Origin: Patiriisocius sp.
GTDB taxonomy: Bacteria > Bacteroidota > Bacteroidia > Flavobacteriales > Flavobacteriaceae
DNA: 64,000 bases
Assembly: GCA_965656925.1 (NCBI GenBank)
Contig: CBFHMO010000001.1
Span: 23,243 to 87,242, forward strand
Direction: 5' to 3'
Shown here: positions 47,049 to 57,464 of the stretch, piece by piece
Numbering within the stretch: position 1 is the first letter of the stretch
How the letters are laid out: each line of letters begins with the position of its first letter
Notes under the pieces: model-generated
Told to the model about the DNA's origin: nothing
The model's input: only the letters and a program-made list of their open reading frames with translations
Database searches by the model: none
Translations under genes and position numbers: made by a program

Positions 47049-48362
47049 TTATGCTCTTAGTTGTTCTATAAAAGAAATCACCTCGCTATGAGATATTTGG
47101 TTTGATTTGAAATGTGCTACCGCACTTGCCTTTTCTGTATCTGTTGCTTGGATCCCGTTTAAAATATTCATTAAATGCATTTTCATGTGTCCTTTCTGGA
47201 TTCCAGTAGTTACCAAAGAGCGAAGCGCAGCAAAGTTTTGTGCCAAGCCGGCAACAGCTACTAACTGCATTAATTTTTTAGCATTTGGCTTTTGTAAAAG
47301 ATCAAAGGCAAAACCTACCAAAGGATGCAATGATGTTAAACCACCAACAGTACCAAGGGCAAGCGGGAGTTCAATCCACATTTTAAAAATATCATTCTCT
47401 ACACTAGCATGAGTAAGGCTACTGTAGTGGCCGTCTTTACATGCATATGCATGTACTGCTGCCTCTACTGCTCTAAAGTCATTACCAGTTGCTAGTATAA
47501 CGGCGTCAATACCATTCATGATTCCTTTGTTGTGTGTAACGGCTCTTCTTGGAGTTGCTTTTGCAATGGCTATGGCTCTAACTATCTTTTGGGCAAAAAC
47601 GCGACCTTCCAAATCTTTTTGCGCTAAAAGATCTACATGACAAGATACAGAGGCTCTAACCACACATTCTGGAGTATAATTGGATAAAATACTCATGACA
47701 ACCTCTGGATAGGTTTGTGAGGTGTTAAATGCTTTATAAGTTTTGGCCTCTCTTTCAAGGGTTTGTGCAAAGGTTTCTAAGCAGGTGTTTATAAAGTTGG
47801 CGCCCATGGCGTCCAGTGTTTCAAATGTACAATGTAGCTGAAAGAACCCTTCTAAGGTATCTGTGCTATCTATGAGCTGTATGTCAAGCAGCCCGCCTCC
47901 ACGTTTTTTCATGTTTTTTTCAACCTGCGAAATGCTAGCGATTAGTATTGGTTTTATAACACCGAAAAAAGCAGTCATGTCTGCAGTATTTCCGAAGAAA
48001 TTAAGATGGACCTGTCCGTTTTTAGTAGTACTTATTACCTGGGTTGTAAAGCCGCCCTTATCTAGCCAGAATTTTGCAGCATTACTTGCAGCAGCAACCA
48101 CAGAGCTTTCTTCAATGACCATTGGGATTGCATATAAATCTTGATTCACCAAAAAATTTGGCGCAATACCCATAGGCAAATAATAATTAGATATTGTATT
48201 TTCTATAAAATCGTCATGTAGTTTTTGTAACTCCTTGTCTGAGTTCCAATACCTTTGAAGCACCTGTGTAGCTTGCTCGTTTGCCTTAAAATAGTTCTTG
48301 GAAACCCAGGCAATTTTTTGAGCCTTGGAAAGTTTTGAAAATCCTGAAATTGGATTTGACAT
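47049..48362 (-). CDS. mvaA: Class II HMG-CoA reductase
   Basis: IENTIS, EESSVVAA, DAMGANFIN, THNKGIMNG, GNDFRA, GIQKGHMKMH; minus-strand TATCTTTG box at 48382-48389. Confidence 0.95.
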   Translation of the reverse strand: MSNPISGFSKLSKAQKIAWVSKNYFKANEQATQVLQRYWNSDKELQKLHDDFIENTISNYYLPMGIAPNFLVNQDLYAIPMVIEESSVVAAASNAAKFWLDKGGFTTQVISTTKNGQVHLNFFGNTADMTAFFGVIKPILIASISQVEKNMKKRGGGLLDIQLIDSTDTLEGFFQLHCTFETLDAMGANFINTCLETFAQTLEREAKTYKAFNTSQTYPEVVMSILSNYTPECVVRASVSCHVDLLAQKDLEGRVFAQKIVRAIAIAKATPRRAVTHNKGIMNGIDAVILATGNDFRAVEAAVHAYACKDGHYSSLTHASVENDIFKMWIELPLALGTVGGLTSLHPLVGFAFDLLQKPNAKKLMQLVAVAGLAQNFAALRSLVTTGIQKGHMKMHLMNILNGIQATDTEKASAVAHFKSNQISHSEVISFIEQLRA

Positions 48363-48564
48363 ACATTTTAGTTTTAAATCACAAAGATACTATAAAGCAT
48401 ATTATGTTGCTTAAAATCAAAGCATCTTGAAATAATAATTTTTTATAGGGCAACTTTTTTTACTTGCGCCCTGCTATTCTTGTTTTTAACTCCAAAAAAG
48501 GGCCTAGTTTGGTATAATTTTATTAAACTTGTGATACTATAAAATTCACCTATTAAACACCATT

Positions 48565-50730
48565 ATGCGCCTAGGCTTTTTGCTCCTTTTTATTATAAGT
48601 TTTAGTGTTGCAACCGGGCAACAAAAACAGATCGATCTTGAAGAAATATGGAGCGGTAGTTTTAGAACCCAAGGCCTTGATGAGTTACGTTCTCTAAAAA
48701 GCGGTAAACAATACGCAGTGCTTAATTATAACAGGCTCTCTGGCGGATCTTCTGTAGATGTGTATGATTACATAAGCGGTAAAAAAGTAAAAACTATAGT
48801 ATCTTCTTCTCAAATAAAAGATGCGAATTATTTTTTGTCATACACCCTTAGTGAAGATGAAACTAAAGTTTTGCTAGCAACAGATTTACAACAAATTTAT
48901 AGAAGATCTTCTCTAGGAACCTATTACGTGTATGACGTGATTACTGAAAAAATGATGCTTGTTTCAGAAAATAAAATACAAGAACCTGTGTTAAATCCTG
49001 CCGGAACCAAAGTGGCCTATGGATATAACAACAATATATTTATTAAAAACCTAAGCACTGGTGTTACTACTCAAATCACTAAAGACGGTCTTAAAAATAG
49101 TATTATTAATGGGATTACAGACTGGGTGTATGAAGAAGAGTTTGCCTTTGTAAGAGCCTTTGAGTGGAATAAAGACGGATCTAAAATAGGATATATTAAA
49201 TTTGATGAAACCTCAGTGCCTCGTTTTTCTATGGATGTATACGGAACAGATTTATACCCTAGCCAACAAGTTTTCAAATATCCTAAAGCTGGAGATCCCA
49301 ATGCAATAGTTTCATTGCATCTATACGATCTTGAGAGTGAAAAAACAAGTAATGTAGACTTGTCTGGGTACAACAGTTATTACATCCCAAGAATTAAATG
49401 GACCCAGGATGCCAACGTGCTTAGCGTCCAAACTACAAATAGAAAACAAAACACCATAGATCTTATTTTTGTTGATGCCCATAAAAATGAAACCTCACTG
49501 GTGTTACAAGAAAAAGATGATGCCTATGTTGATGTTACAGACAACCTAACTTTTTTCAAAGACAATAGTTTTATTTGGACCAGCGAACGTGATGGATGGA
49601 ATCATATCTACCATTTTAGTAAAAGTGGAGTTCTTAAAAATCAAATCACTAAAGGCGCTTGGGAAGTCACTAACTATTACGGCTATGACCCAACAAGTAA
49701 TACCGTTTTTTACCAAAGTACAGAAAACGGTAGTATTAACCGAGGTGTGTATAGCGTCAATGCAAAAGGTAAAGACAAGAGAGAGCTATCTGTAGCCACA
49801 GGAACTAACAGGGCTGCCTTTAGTGCAGATTATTCCTTTTATATCAACACATTTCAAAGTGTAACCACTCCAAGTATCTTTACTTTAAATGACACCAAAA
49901 CAGGAGCGGTTGTTAAACAAATTAAAGACAATACAGATTTAGCCAATAAAGTGGCAGGGTATAAAATGTCTAAAAAAGAATTTTCTACCATCTCTATAAA
50001 CGGGAATGATTTAAACATGTATACCATTAAGCCTTTGGATTTTGACCCTTCCAAAAAGTACCCTCTATTTATGTATCAATACTCAGGTCCTGGCTCTCAA
50101 AACGTAGCCAATAAATGGAACGGGAGTAATGATTATTGGCACCAAATGCTTGCCCAACAGGGGTATGTTGTAGTGTGTATAGATGGAAGAGGGACTGGTT
50201 TAAAAGGGAGAGATTTTAAAAAAGTAACCCAATTAGAGCTTGGAAAATATGAAGTAGAAGATCAAATTACTGCTGCAAAAAAACTAGGTGCTTTACCTTA
50301 TATAGATGCCAATAGAATTGGTATTTGGGGCTGGAGTTATGGCGGGTTTATGTCTAGTAACTGTTTGTTTCAGGGTCCAGATACATTCTCCATGGCAATT
50401 GCAGTGGCTCCTGTTAGCAGTTGGAGGTTTTATGATACCATTTATACAGAGCGGTACATGACCACGCCTCAAGAAAATGCTAGTGGGTATGATACCAACT
50501 CACCCATGTATCATGTGAATGGTTTAAAAGGAAAGTTTTTACTGGTGCACGGTAGTGCAGATGATAATGTACATGTGCAAAATACCACCCGTTTGGTAGA
50601 AGCCTTGGTGCAGGCCAATAAACAGTTTGACTGGGCTATATATCCAGACAAAAATCACGGTATTTATGGAGGAAACACACGCCTGCATTTGTACACTAAA
50701 ATGACCAATTTTATCAAACAGAACTTATAA
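48565..50730 (+). CDS. Dipeptidyl peptidase IV (S9B)
   Basis: DWVYEEE, GWSYGG, DDNVH, NHGI catalytic triad; signal peptide. Confidence 0.95.
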   Translation: MRLGFLLLFIISFSVATGQQKQIDLEEIWSGSFRTQGLDELRSLKSGKQYAVLNYNRLSGGSSVDVYDYISGKKVKTIVSSSQIKDANYFLSYTLSEDETKVLLATDLQQIYRRSSLGTYYVYDVITEKMMLVSENKIQEPVLNPAGTKVAYGYNNNIFIKNLSTGVTTQITKDGLKNSIINGITDWVYEEEFAFVRAFEWNKDGSKIGYIKFDETSVPRFSMDVYGTDLYPSQQVFKYPKAGDPNAIVSLHLYDLESEKTSNVDLSGYNSYYIPRIKWTQDANVLSVQTTNRKQNTIDLIFVDAHKNETSLVLQEKDDAYVDVTDNLTFFKDNSFIWTSERDGWNHIYHFSKSGVLKNQITKGAWEVTNYYGYDPTSNTVFYQSTENGSINRGVYSVNAKGKDKRELSVATGTNRAAFSADYSFYINTFQSVTTPSIFTLNDTKTGAVVKQIKDNTDLANKVAGYKMSKKEFSTISINGNDLNMYTIKPLDFDPSKKYPLFMYQYSGPGSQNVANKWNGSNDYWHQMLAQQGYVVVCIDGRGTGLKGRDFKKVTQLELGKYEVEDQITAAKKLGALPYIDANRIGIWGWSYGGFMSSNCLFQGPDTFSMAIAVAPVSSWRFYDTIYTERYMTTPQENASGYDTNSPMYHVNGLKGKFLLVHGSADDNVHVQNTTRLVEALVQANKQFDWAIYPDKNHGIYGGNTRLHLYTKMTNFIKQNL

Positions 50731-50759
50731 TCAATAATTAATAACTAATAATCACTAAT

Positions 50760-52346
50760 ATGGAATTTAAATTTGGGGGTTCACAAACGAACCAAAAAAC
50801 AGTACTAGGACATCCATCTGGTTTGTTTGTACTATTTTTCACAGAGATGTGGGAGCGTTTTTCTTACTATGGTATGCGAGCACTATTAGTGCTTTTCTTA
50901 ATATCTTCAGTACTTGATGAAGGCTGGGGTTGGGACCGCTCTGAGGCATTGGTCTTATATGCTTGGTACACTGGGCTTGTTTACATCACACCTATTTTTG
51001 GAGGGTTAATTGCGGATAAGATTATGGGGTACCGTAATGCAATTATTTTGGGAGCATTGCTAATGACTTTAGGACATGGTTCTATGGCTCTAGAGGGAGT
51101 TGCAGATCCATTTTTCTACCTAGGTCTAGGTTTACTTATTGTTGGAAATGGATTGTTTAAGCCGAATATTTCATCCATGGTAGGGCAACTATATAAAGGA
51201 GAAGGAGACCAAAAAGATGCAGGATATACCATTTTCTATATGGGTATTAATGCTGGTGCTTTTCTAGGTATTTTACTTTGTGGATACATTGGCGAGAAAA
51301 TTGGATGGCACTTTGGTTTTGGTCTAGCAGGAATCTTTATGCTTTTTGGAATGTTACAGTTCTACTTTGCTCAAACTATTTTTGGGAAGATTGGTCTTTC
51401 GCCAAATAACCCTGAAAGTATAGAGGCCGCTAAAGAGGCTGTTGTTGAAGCTTCCAAACAAGAAACTGTTGCAGTAGATGAATTAAATGCAAACAAAGTA
51501 ACCAAAGACAGGTTGGTTGTAATAGGTATTTTAGCCTTTTTCACTATTTTCTTTTGGTGGGCTTTTGAGCAAGCGGGGGGTTCTATGACAATTTTCGCTA
51601 ATGATTATACAGATCGTATGTTAACCGGAGATGGTGCAGCTACCTTTAAGATATTTAATACCCTGTTAACTGTCATTCCTATGATTATCATAACATGGGT
51701 GCTTTCTATGCTATTCAAACAAACCTTCTCAAAATACTCGCTATCTAATATTTTATTAGGAGCTAGTTTTGTTATTATTTGGGGTATTGTAATTTGGATG
51801 TTACAAAGAGAATGGGTGTCTGAGTCTGCAGAAGTTCCGGCTTCTTGGTTTGGAATCCTTAACTCTTTCTTTATAATTGCTTTTGCACCAATATTTTCTA
51901 AAATATGGGCCAGTAAATTAAATCCTACAGGGCCAGTAAAGTTTGCTCTTGGATTGATATTGCTCGGTCTTGGATTTGGTGTATTAGCCTATGGTTCTTT
52001 AGAGATTCCTCTTGGAGCTAAAACCGCTTCTGTGAGTATGATTTTCTTAATCTTAGCTTATTTATTGCATACTCTTGGTGAGTTGTGTATTTCTCCGGTT
52101 GGTTTGTCTTACGTAAGTAAACTTGCACCAGCGAAACTTATTGGATTAATGTTTGGAGTTTGGTTTGTAGCCAATTTTATTGCAAATACTGCGGCAGGTA
52201 TTACAGGTAGTTATATGGATCCAATTCTTGAAGAAAAAGGGCTTTCTTATTTCTTTATGATATTTACTTTAATTCCTATTTCTGCAGGATTTGTAATGTT
52301 AATGTTAAACAAAATGCTTTTGAAAAAAATGCATGGAATTCGCTAA
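50760..52346 (+). CDS. POT/PTR family proton-dependent di/tripeptide transporter
   Basis: EMWERFSYYG, FKPNIS, FYMGINAG, GELCISP. Confidence 0.95.
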   Translation: MEFKFGGSQTNQKTVLGHPSGLFVLFFTEMWERFSYYGMRALLVLFLISSVLDEGWGWDRSEALVLYAWYTGLVYITPIFGGLIADKIMGYRNAIILGALLMTLGHGSMALEGVADPFFYLGLGLLIVGNGLFKPNISSMVGQLYKGEGDQKDAGYTIFYMGINAGAFLGILLCGYIGEKIGWHFGFGLAGIFMLFGMLQFYFAQTIFGKIGLSPNNPESIEAAKEAVVEASKQETVAVDELNANKVTKDRLVVIGILAFFTIFFWWAFEQAGGSMTIFANDYTDRMLTGDGAATFKIFNTLLTVIPMIIITWVLSMLFKQTFSKYSLSNILLGASFVIIWGIVIWMLQREWVSESAEVPASWFGILNSFFIIAFAPIFSKIWASKLNPTGPVKFALGLILLGLGFGVLAYGSLEIPLGAKTASVSMIFLILAYLLHTLGELCISPVGLSYVSKLAPAKLIGLMFGVWFVANFIANTAAGITGSYMDPILEEKGLSYFFMIFTLIPISAGFVMLMLNKMLLKKMHGIR

Positions 52347-52365
52347 CAGCACAATTTATAAGTAT

Positions 52366-52395
52366 AAAAAACGTTCCATGTATGGAACGTTTTTT
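52366..52395 (+). terminator. Intrinsic terminator
   Basis: AAAAAACGTTCCA-tgta-TGGAACGTTTTTT. Confidence 0.88.
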
Positions 52396-52409
52396 GTTTA
52401 TTTTAGTTT

Positions 52410-52955
52410 ATGAAAAAAGCACTTTTAGTATTCGTTTTTTTAATTTCTACAGCAAGCCTTACAGCTCAAGAAATAGCTTGGATGTCAATGGACCAGGCGC
52501 TTGTTGCCCAGCAGCAAACGCCCAAAAAAATATTTATGGATGTCTACACCACCTGGTGCGGCCCCTGTAAACTACTAGATAAAAACACCTTTAGTAATCC
52601 AGATGTCATTGCTTATATAAATGAACACTTTTATCCTGTAAAGTTTAATGCAGAAGGCGAAGACCCAATCACATATAAAGGGTTTACCTACACAAATCCA
52701 AATTACAGAGCGGGTAAACGCGGTAGAAATGCTACTCATTTTTTTGCAGATGCTTTAAAGCTTCAAGGGTATCCTAGTTTGGCATTTTTTGAGAGTGACG
52801 GGACATTAATACAGTCTATAGTTGGGTATCAAACACCTCAAGAGCTAGAGCTATATTTAAAAATGATTGTTACAGATCAATATAAGGAGATTACCACCAG
52901 AGCACAGTGGGATATATATCAAAAGAATTTTAAAGGTACTTTTAAATCCAGATAA
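52410..52955 (+). CDS. Periplasmic thioredoxin-fold protein
   Basis: Signal peptide; WCGPC; cis-Pro in GYPS. Confidence 0.88.
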   Translation: MKKALLVFVFLISTASLTAQEIAWMSMDQALVAQQQTPKKIFMDVYTTWCGPCKLLDKNTFSNPDVIAYINEHFYPVKFNAEGEDPITYKGFTYTNPNYRAGKRGRNATHFFADALKLQGYPSLAFFESDGTLIQSIVGYQTPQELELYLKMIVTDQYKEITTRAQWDIYQKNFKGTFKSR

Positions 52956-52958
52956 TAC

Positions 52959-54980
52959 TTATTGCCATATAAAAGCTCCCTTTTCATAGGTGCTATGAAA
53001 AGGGATCTTTTTTTCAATGCATGTTTCCCTCCAGCGATCAACATAACTTTTATAATTACTTCCATCGGCGATGATACGCCTGGGCGATACGCTATCTATA
53101 AAACGCGCAAGATGTATTTGCGTATTTTGCGTTAATACAACAACTGGTTTTTGTAAGACTTTTGGAAACACTCCAACACTATCCAAAATTAAAACAGGTA
53201 TCTCTTTAAAGGTAAACATATTAGGTAATTTTTTTTGTGCACTACTGCTATTGTAATTTGCTGTTTTGTAACTTGAAATTAGACTAGCCATAGCGGGAGT
53301 TATACTGTCTGGCACCAACAAAGTTGTTTGGTGTTTTTGTTTAACCCCAAGGAGTGTTTGTTTGTATTTGTGAAATACAATAAGATGAGCGGGTGTTGGA
53401 TATACCTTCATTATGGTTAAAACCCCCAAGGCAATCCCGCAAGATCCCAGGCAAAGCATCAGGTTCTTGAAATTCCATTTTCTGCACACCCATAACAAGC
53501 AAATAATCACACCATAGCTTACAAATAAAAACGGCTTAGGAAAATAAATTTCTTTAAATAAAAAAGCATTTTGCGTGGCTACCCAAGTAATAAAATCATT
53601 GAGTATGGCTATTATATTTCCATAGATTTTTGCCAAACTATCTGGCACAATAGTAAGACATCCAAGAATTACTATAAAAAAACCAATACTCAATACCCCG
53701 CCCAGTAAAGGCAATACAATGATGTTGGTAATGAAAAACAACCCTGGAAATTGATTGAAATAATAAATGCTTAATGGCCCAAGACCAATTTGAGCTGCAA
53801 GGGTAACGGTCATGGTATTCCATAGTAGTTTGGCTAGTTTGTTACCAGGGGTGTAATAGCTTGCAAGTTTGGGTTGTAATGTAATAATCGATAAAACGGC
53901 TAGGTAGCTTAATTGAAACCCAACCTGGAACAAATACAAAGGGTTATAAAAAAGTAAGCAACTAAATGACAAACTAAGGGTGTTAATAGTACTGGTTTTT
54001 CTACCCAAAGCTTGCGCCACTGCAAAAAAACTAAACATAGTAACCGCCCTGCACACAGAGGCAGATAATCCTGTAAAAAGGGCATAACACCACAAACTCA
54101 AAACAATAGTAATACTACGAATAATTTCTCCTTTTTGAAGTCTAGTTACGGGAGCTAGTAGAGTTAGTAATATATCATATAGTATCCCCACATGTAATCC
54201 AGAAACTGCTAATATGTGTACGGCTCCTGCAGCCGCATAAGCTTGGTATATTTGTTTGTCTAAGGCTCTTTTTTGTCCTAATACTAATGCCTGTATAACG
54301 GCTAGTTCTTTTTGAGAAATGCTTGTTTGTGAAAGTTTATAAATGCAGTAGTTTCTAAATTGCTCTGCAGCTCCTTTTAAAGAAGATGCTGCTGGCTGTA
54401 GTTTTAAAATCTCATTATAGCTGCTATGAATTTCGTGATATATGCCTTGATTTTTTAAATAAGCTGCATAGTTAAATTGGTACGGGTTTTTTGGCCCAAC
54501 TACAGGAGTTAATTTTTCATTTAATATAATCCTATCACCAATAGTAAGTGGTTTTGCTAGACTGTCTTTGGTAATTAGGTAAACTATATCCCCTTTGCAC
54601 GAAACTCCGTCTAGGGCTTGTGTGGCCGCTCTGTATTTGTAATTGTAGGTATCTGGTTTTAAGATTTCTTTAATCTGTAGTTGTACTAGCTGTCTGTTTT
54701 GGCTTAGTGTATGTATGTAATGCTCTTGCTGAAATTCAGGAATTGTGATTTGGTATTTATAACACCCAAGAGATATAAAAAACACACATAATGTAATCCC
54801 AAACCATGGGCTGTTGTAGAAACTATTTTTATTTGCATACCAAAAAATGCTCATTACCAAAAGCAGCAAACAAACTAGGGGCAATAATAGTGGGAGGAAG
54901 TTAGCCTTAAAAAAACCAATACTAATACCTATAGCAAAAGCTATAGCGGTTGTAATTATAAACGGGTTGGAGTGTTTCAA
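52959..54980 (-). CDS. comEC: ComEC/Rec2 competence protein
   Basis: NPYQFNY, HILAVSGLHVG, SVCRA, GFQLSY; multi-TM. Confidence 0.92.
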   Translation of the reverse strand: MKHSNPFIITTAIAFAIGISIGFFKANFLPLLLPLVCLLLLVMSIFWYANKNSFYNSPWFGITLCVFFISLGCYKYQITIPEFQQEHYIHTLSQNRQLVQLQIKEILKPDTYNYKYRAATQALDGVSCKGDIVYLITKDSLAKPLTIGDRIILNEKLTPVVGPKNPYQFNYAAYLKNQGIYHEIHSSYNEILKLQPAASSLKGAAEQFRNYCIYKLSQTSISQKELAVIQALVLGQKRALDKQIYQAYAAAGAVHILAVSGLHVGILYDILLTLLAPVTRLQKGEIIRSITIVLSLWCYALFTGLSASVCRAVTMFSFFAVAQALGRKTSTINTLSLSFSCLLFYNPLYLFQVGFQLSYLAVLSIITLQPKLASYYTPGNKLAKLLWNTMTVTLAAQIGLGPLSIYYFNQFPGLFFITNIIVLPLLGGVLSIGFFIVILGCLTIVPDSLAKIYGNIIAILNDFITWVATQNAFLFKEIYFPKPFLFVSYGVIICLLWVCRKWNFKNLMLCLGSCGIALGVLTIMKVYPTPAHLIVFHKYKQTLLGVKQKHQTTLLVPDSITPAMASLISSYKTANYNSSSAQKKLPNMFTFKEIPVLILDSVGVFPKVLQKPVVVLTQNTQIHLARFIDSVSPRRIIADGSNYKSYVDRWRETCIEKKIPFHSTYEKGAFIWQ

Positions 54981-55092
54981 ACTATAGGTATCAAAGACCT
55001 ATAACCTTGGGAGCTTTTTTAAAAGTACTAAAAATTTATAAACCACTTTGTTTTGGTTTGCGCAAATATGTTTTTAACAACCCTTGTAGGGT

Positions 55093-56205
55093 TTATTTTA
55101 GTGCATCAACTATTAACTGCCCTGTGGTATCACTGGCGCCAATACCTCCTAGTTTTTGCTCTAAGGCATCGTAAGATTTAAGCAACGATGCTCTATTGTC
55201 TTTGTCTAGAATTTTGGTGAGTTCTTTTATTAAACGCTGGGTGTTGAAATCTCCCTGGATGAGCTCTGTAACCACTTCTTTGTCTAGAATAAGGTTTACT
55301 AAAGAAATGTATTTAAGCTTAACAACCTGTCTTGCAATGGCTACAGATATTGCATTTCCTTTGTAACAAACAACTTGCGGCACTTTAAAGAGTGCTGTTT
55401 CTAAGGTAGCTGTTCCAGAGGTAACAATTGCAGCATGAGATACCGAGAGTAAATCATAGGTTTTGTTTAACAGTAAATGTATGTTTTGCTTGTTTAAAAA
55501 AGGTGCATAAAATGATGCGTCTTGACTTGGGGCTCCCGCTATCACAAATTGGTAGTCTTCAAATGTATCTGTAATAGATAGCATAATACGCAGCATTTTT
55601 GATATCTCTTGCTTTCTGCTTCCTGGCAGTAGCGCAATAATAGGTCTTTGGTCTAGTCCATGGAGTTTGGCAAATGCTTCTTTGTTTGTCTGTTCTCTAT
55701 TGTTAATGGCGTCAATAAGTGGGTGTCCAACAAAATGTACCGGAAAATTATGTTTGTCTTGATAGAAGTCTTTCTCAAAGGGAAGGATTACATACATCGC
55801 ATCCACATCTGCTTTTATGTCTTTGATTCTTCCTTCTTTCCAGGCCCATATTTGAGGGGAGATATAATAATGTGTTTTAAAACCTTCTTTCTTTGCCCAT
55901 TTGGCAATACGTAAATTAAATCCAGGATAGTCAATAAAGATGATCACATCTGGCTGGAAGCCTGTAATGTCTTTTTTGCAAACAGAAATGTTTTTAAAAA
56001 TAGTCCTTAGGTTAAATAGAACTTCAATAAAACCCATAAAGGCAAGATCTCGGTAATGTTTTACCAGACCTTGGGTTTGTTGTTGCATTAAATCTCCACC
56101 CCAAAACCTGAAACTAGCTTTTGGATCTTTAGCCTTTATTGATTTAATAAGGTTTGCACCGTGTAAATCTCCTGAGGCCTCTCCTGCAATGATATAATAC
56201 TTCAT
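55093..56205 (-). CDS. lpxB: Lipid-A-disaccharide synthase
   Basis: AGEASGDLHG, IDYPGFN, SPQIWAW, VGHPL, LPGSR, SGTATLE. Confidence 0.97.
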   Translation of the reverse strand: MKYYIIAGEASGDLHGANLIKSIKAKDPKASFRFWGGDLMQQQTQGLVKHYRDLAFMGFIEVLFNLRTIFKNISVCKKDITGFQPDVIIFIDYPGFNLRIAKWAKKEGFKTHYYISPQIWAWKEGRIKDIKADVDAMYVILPFEKDFYQDKHNFPVHFVGHPLIDAINNREQTNKEAFAKLHGLDQRPIIALLPGSRKQEISKMLRIMLSITDTFEDYQFVIAGAPSQDASFYAPFLNKQNIHLLLNKTYDLLSVSHAAIVTSGTATLETALFKVPQVVCYKGNAISVAIARQVVKLKYISLVNLILDKEVVTELIQGDFNTQRLIKELTKILDKDNRASLLKSYDALEQKLGGIGASDTTGQLIVDALK

Positions 56206-56239
56206 ATAGTATGTTGTTCTAGGATTTCAGAAATAAAAA

Positions 56240-56527
56240 TTAATTAAAATAGAGTATATATGCTGAAATAGCTGCCATAAATGTAGCCATTACAACACCT
56301 CTAGCATTGTAATCTCTATCAAACTTTAAAAAACCGAAAAACAATGCCAGGTTTGGTAAAGCGCCTAAAGTTAATACTGCCCATGCGTTTGCGGTCTTTA
56401 TATAAAAGTCAAAAACTTCTGAAATACTCGTTCCTTTAATCAAGGATATGACAGCTATACATATGGCTATTCCTATTGCGTTTGCAATAATCCCGGTTAT
56501 AAAGCCTATTATTATTTGTTTGTTCAT
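56240..56527 (-). CDS. Small hypothetical membrane protein
   Basis: Three hydrophobic segments; LGALPNL..FF...ARGVV; in operon between surE and lpxB. Confidence 0.7.
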   Translation of the reverse strand: MNKQIIIGFITGIIANAIGIAICIAVISLIKGTSISEVFDFYIKTANAWAVLTLGALPNLALFFGFLKFDRDYNARGVVMATFMAAISAYILYFN

Positions 56528-57304
56528 CTATAAATCCCAGGTGTTAATGTCTTTTATGGCGTGGTGAGCTGTTAAATCAAATTGTACTGGCACCACAGAT
56601 ACGTATCCATTGGCAAGTGCCCATTCGTCAGTGTCTTCGCCTTTGTCTTTATTAATAAAAGATCCTGTAAGCCAGTAATAATCTCTGCCCAGTGGGCTTG
56701 TTCTTTTGTCAAATTTTTCTTGCCAATACGCATCTGCTTGTCTGCACACCTTTATCCCTTTAATTTTCTCTTGGGGTAGTTTAGGAATGTTTACATTAAG
56801 AACAACTCCAGAGGGTAGCCCTTTAGTAAGACATTTCTCAACCATTAGCTTGATGTATTTTTTTGCAGGTTCAAAATCTGCCTCTAGGGAGTAGTCTAAT
56901 AAAGAAAATCCAATAGATGGAATACCGACGGTTCCTGCCTCAACAGCTGCGCTCATGGTTCCGCTATATATTACATTAATAGAAGAATTACTCCCATGGT
57001 TTACACCACTTAGGCATATGTCTGGTTTTCTGTCTAGCAATTCGTTAATAGCAATTTTCACACAATCAACGGGAGTACCGCTACAACTATATTCTTTTTG
57101 AGGAGCTTCTTTGTCAATTAATATACTATTGCAGTATATGGTATCGTTAATAGTTATGGCATGACCCATAGCACTTTGGGGTGCGTCTGGTGCTACCACT
57201 ACAACGTCTCCAAAAGTAGTTGCTACTTCAATGAGTGCTCTAATTCCAGGGGCGGTAATGCCATCGTCATTAGTGACTAAAATTAATGGTTTTTTTGCGT
57301 TCAT
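56528..57304 (-). CDS. surE: 5'/3'-nucleotidase SurE
   Basis: LVTNDDG, GTPVDCV, SGVNHGSN, YSGTMSAA; minus-strand TATTTTTG at 57324-57331. Confidence 0.97.
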   Translation of the reverse strand: MNAKKPLILVTNDDGITAPGIRALIEVATTFGDVVVVAPDAPQSAMGHAITINDTIYCNSILIDKEAPQKEYSCSGTPVDCVKIAINELLDRKPDICLSGVNHGSNSSINVIYSGTMSAAVEAGTVGIPSIGFSLLDYSLEADFEPAKKYIKLMVEKCLTKGLPSGVVLNVNIPKLPQEKIKGIKVCRQADAYWQEKFDKRTSPLGRDYYWLTGSFINKDKGEDTDEWALANGYVSVVPVQFDLTAHHAIKDINTWDL

Positions 57305-57464
57305 TGGTGCTGTGTTTGTCCTACAAAAATACAGTTATTAATTGTATGTATAACCATGGAGAAAAATAACAATTTTTAGCCATCTATTAACAAAAATATA
57401 GGAATTATAAAGAGGCTTGGCATGGTTTTTTATATATTTTTAACCTTACTTAAAAAGACAGTAT

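Noticed and set aside
48565-52346. DPP-IV next to a POT transporter as a novel system
   Set aside because: A functionally logical but well-known Bacteroidota peptide-utilisation arrangement.
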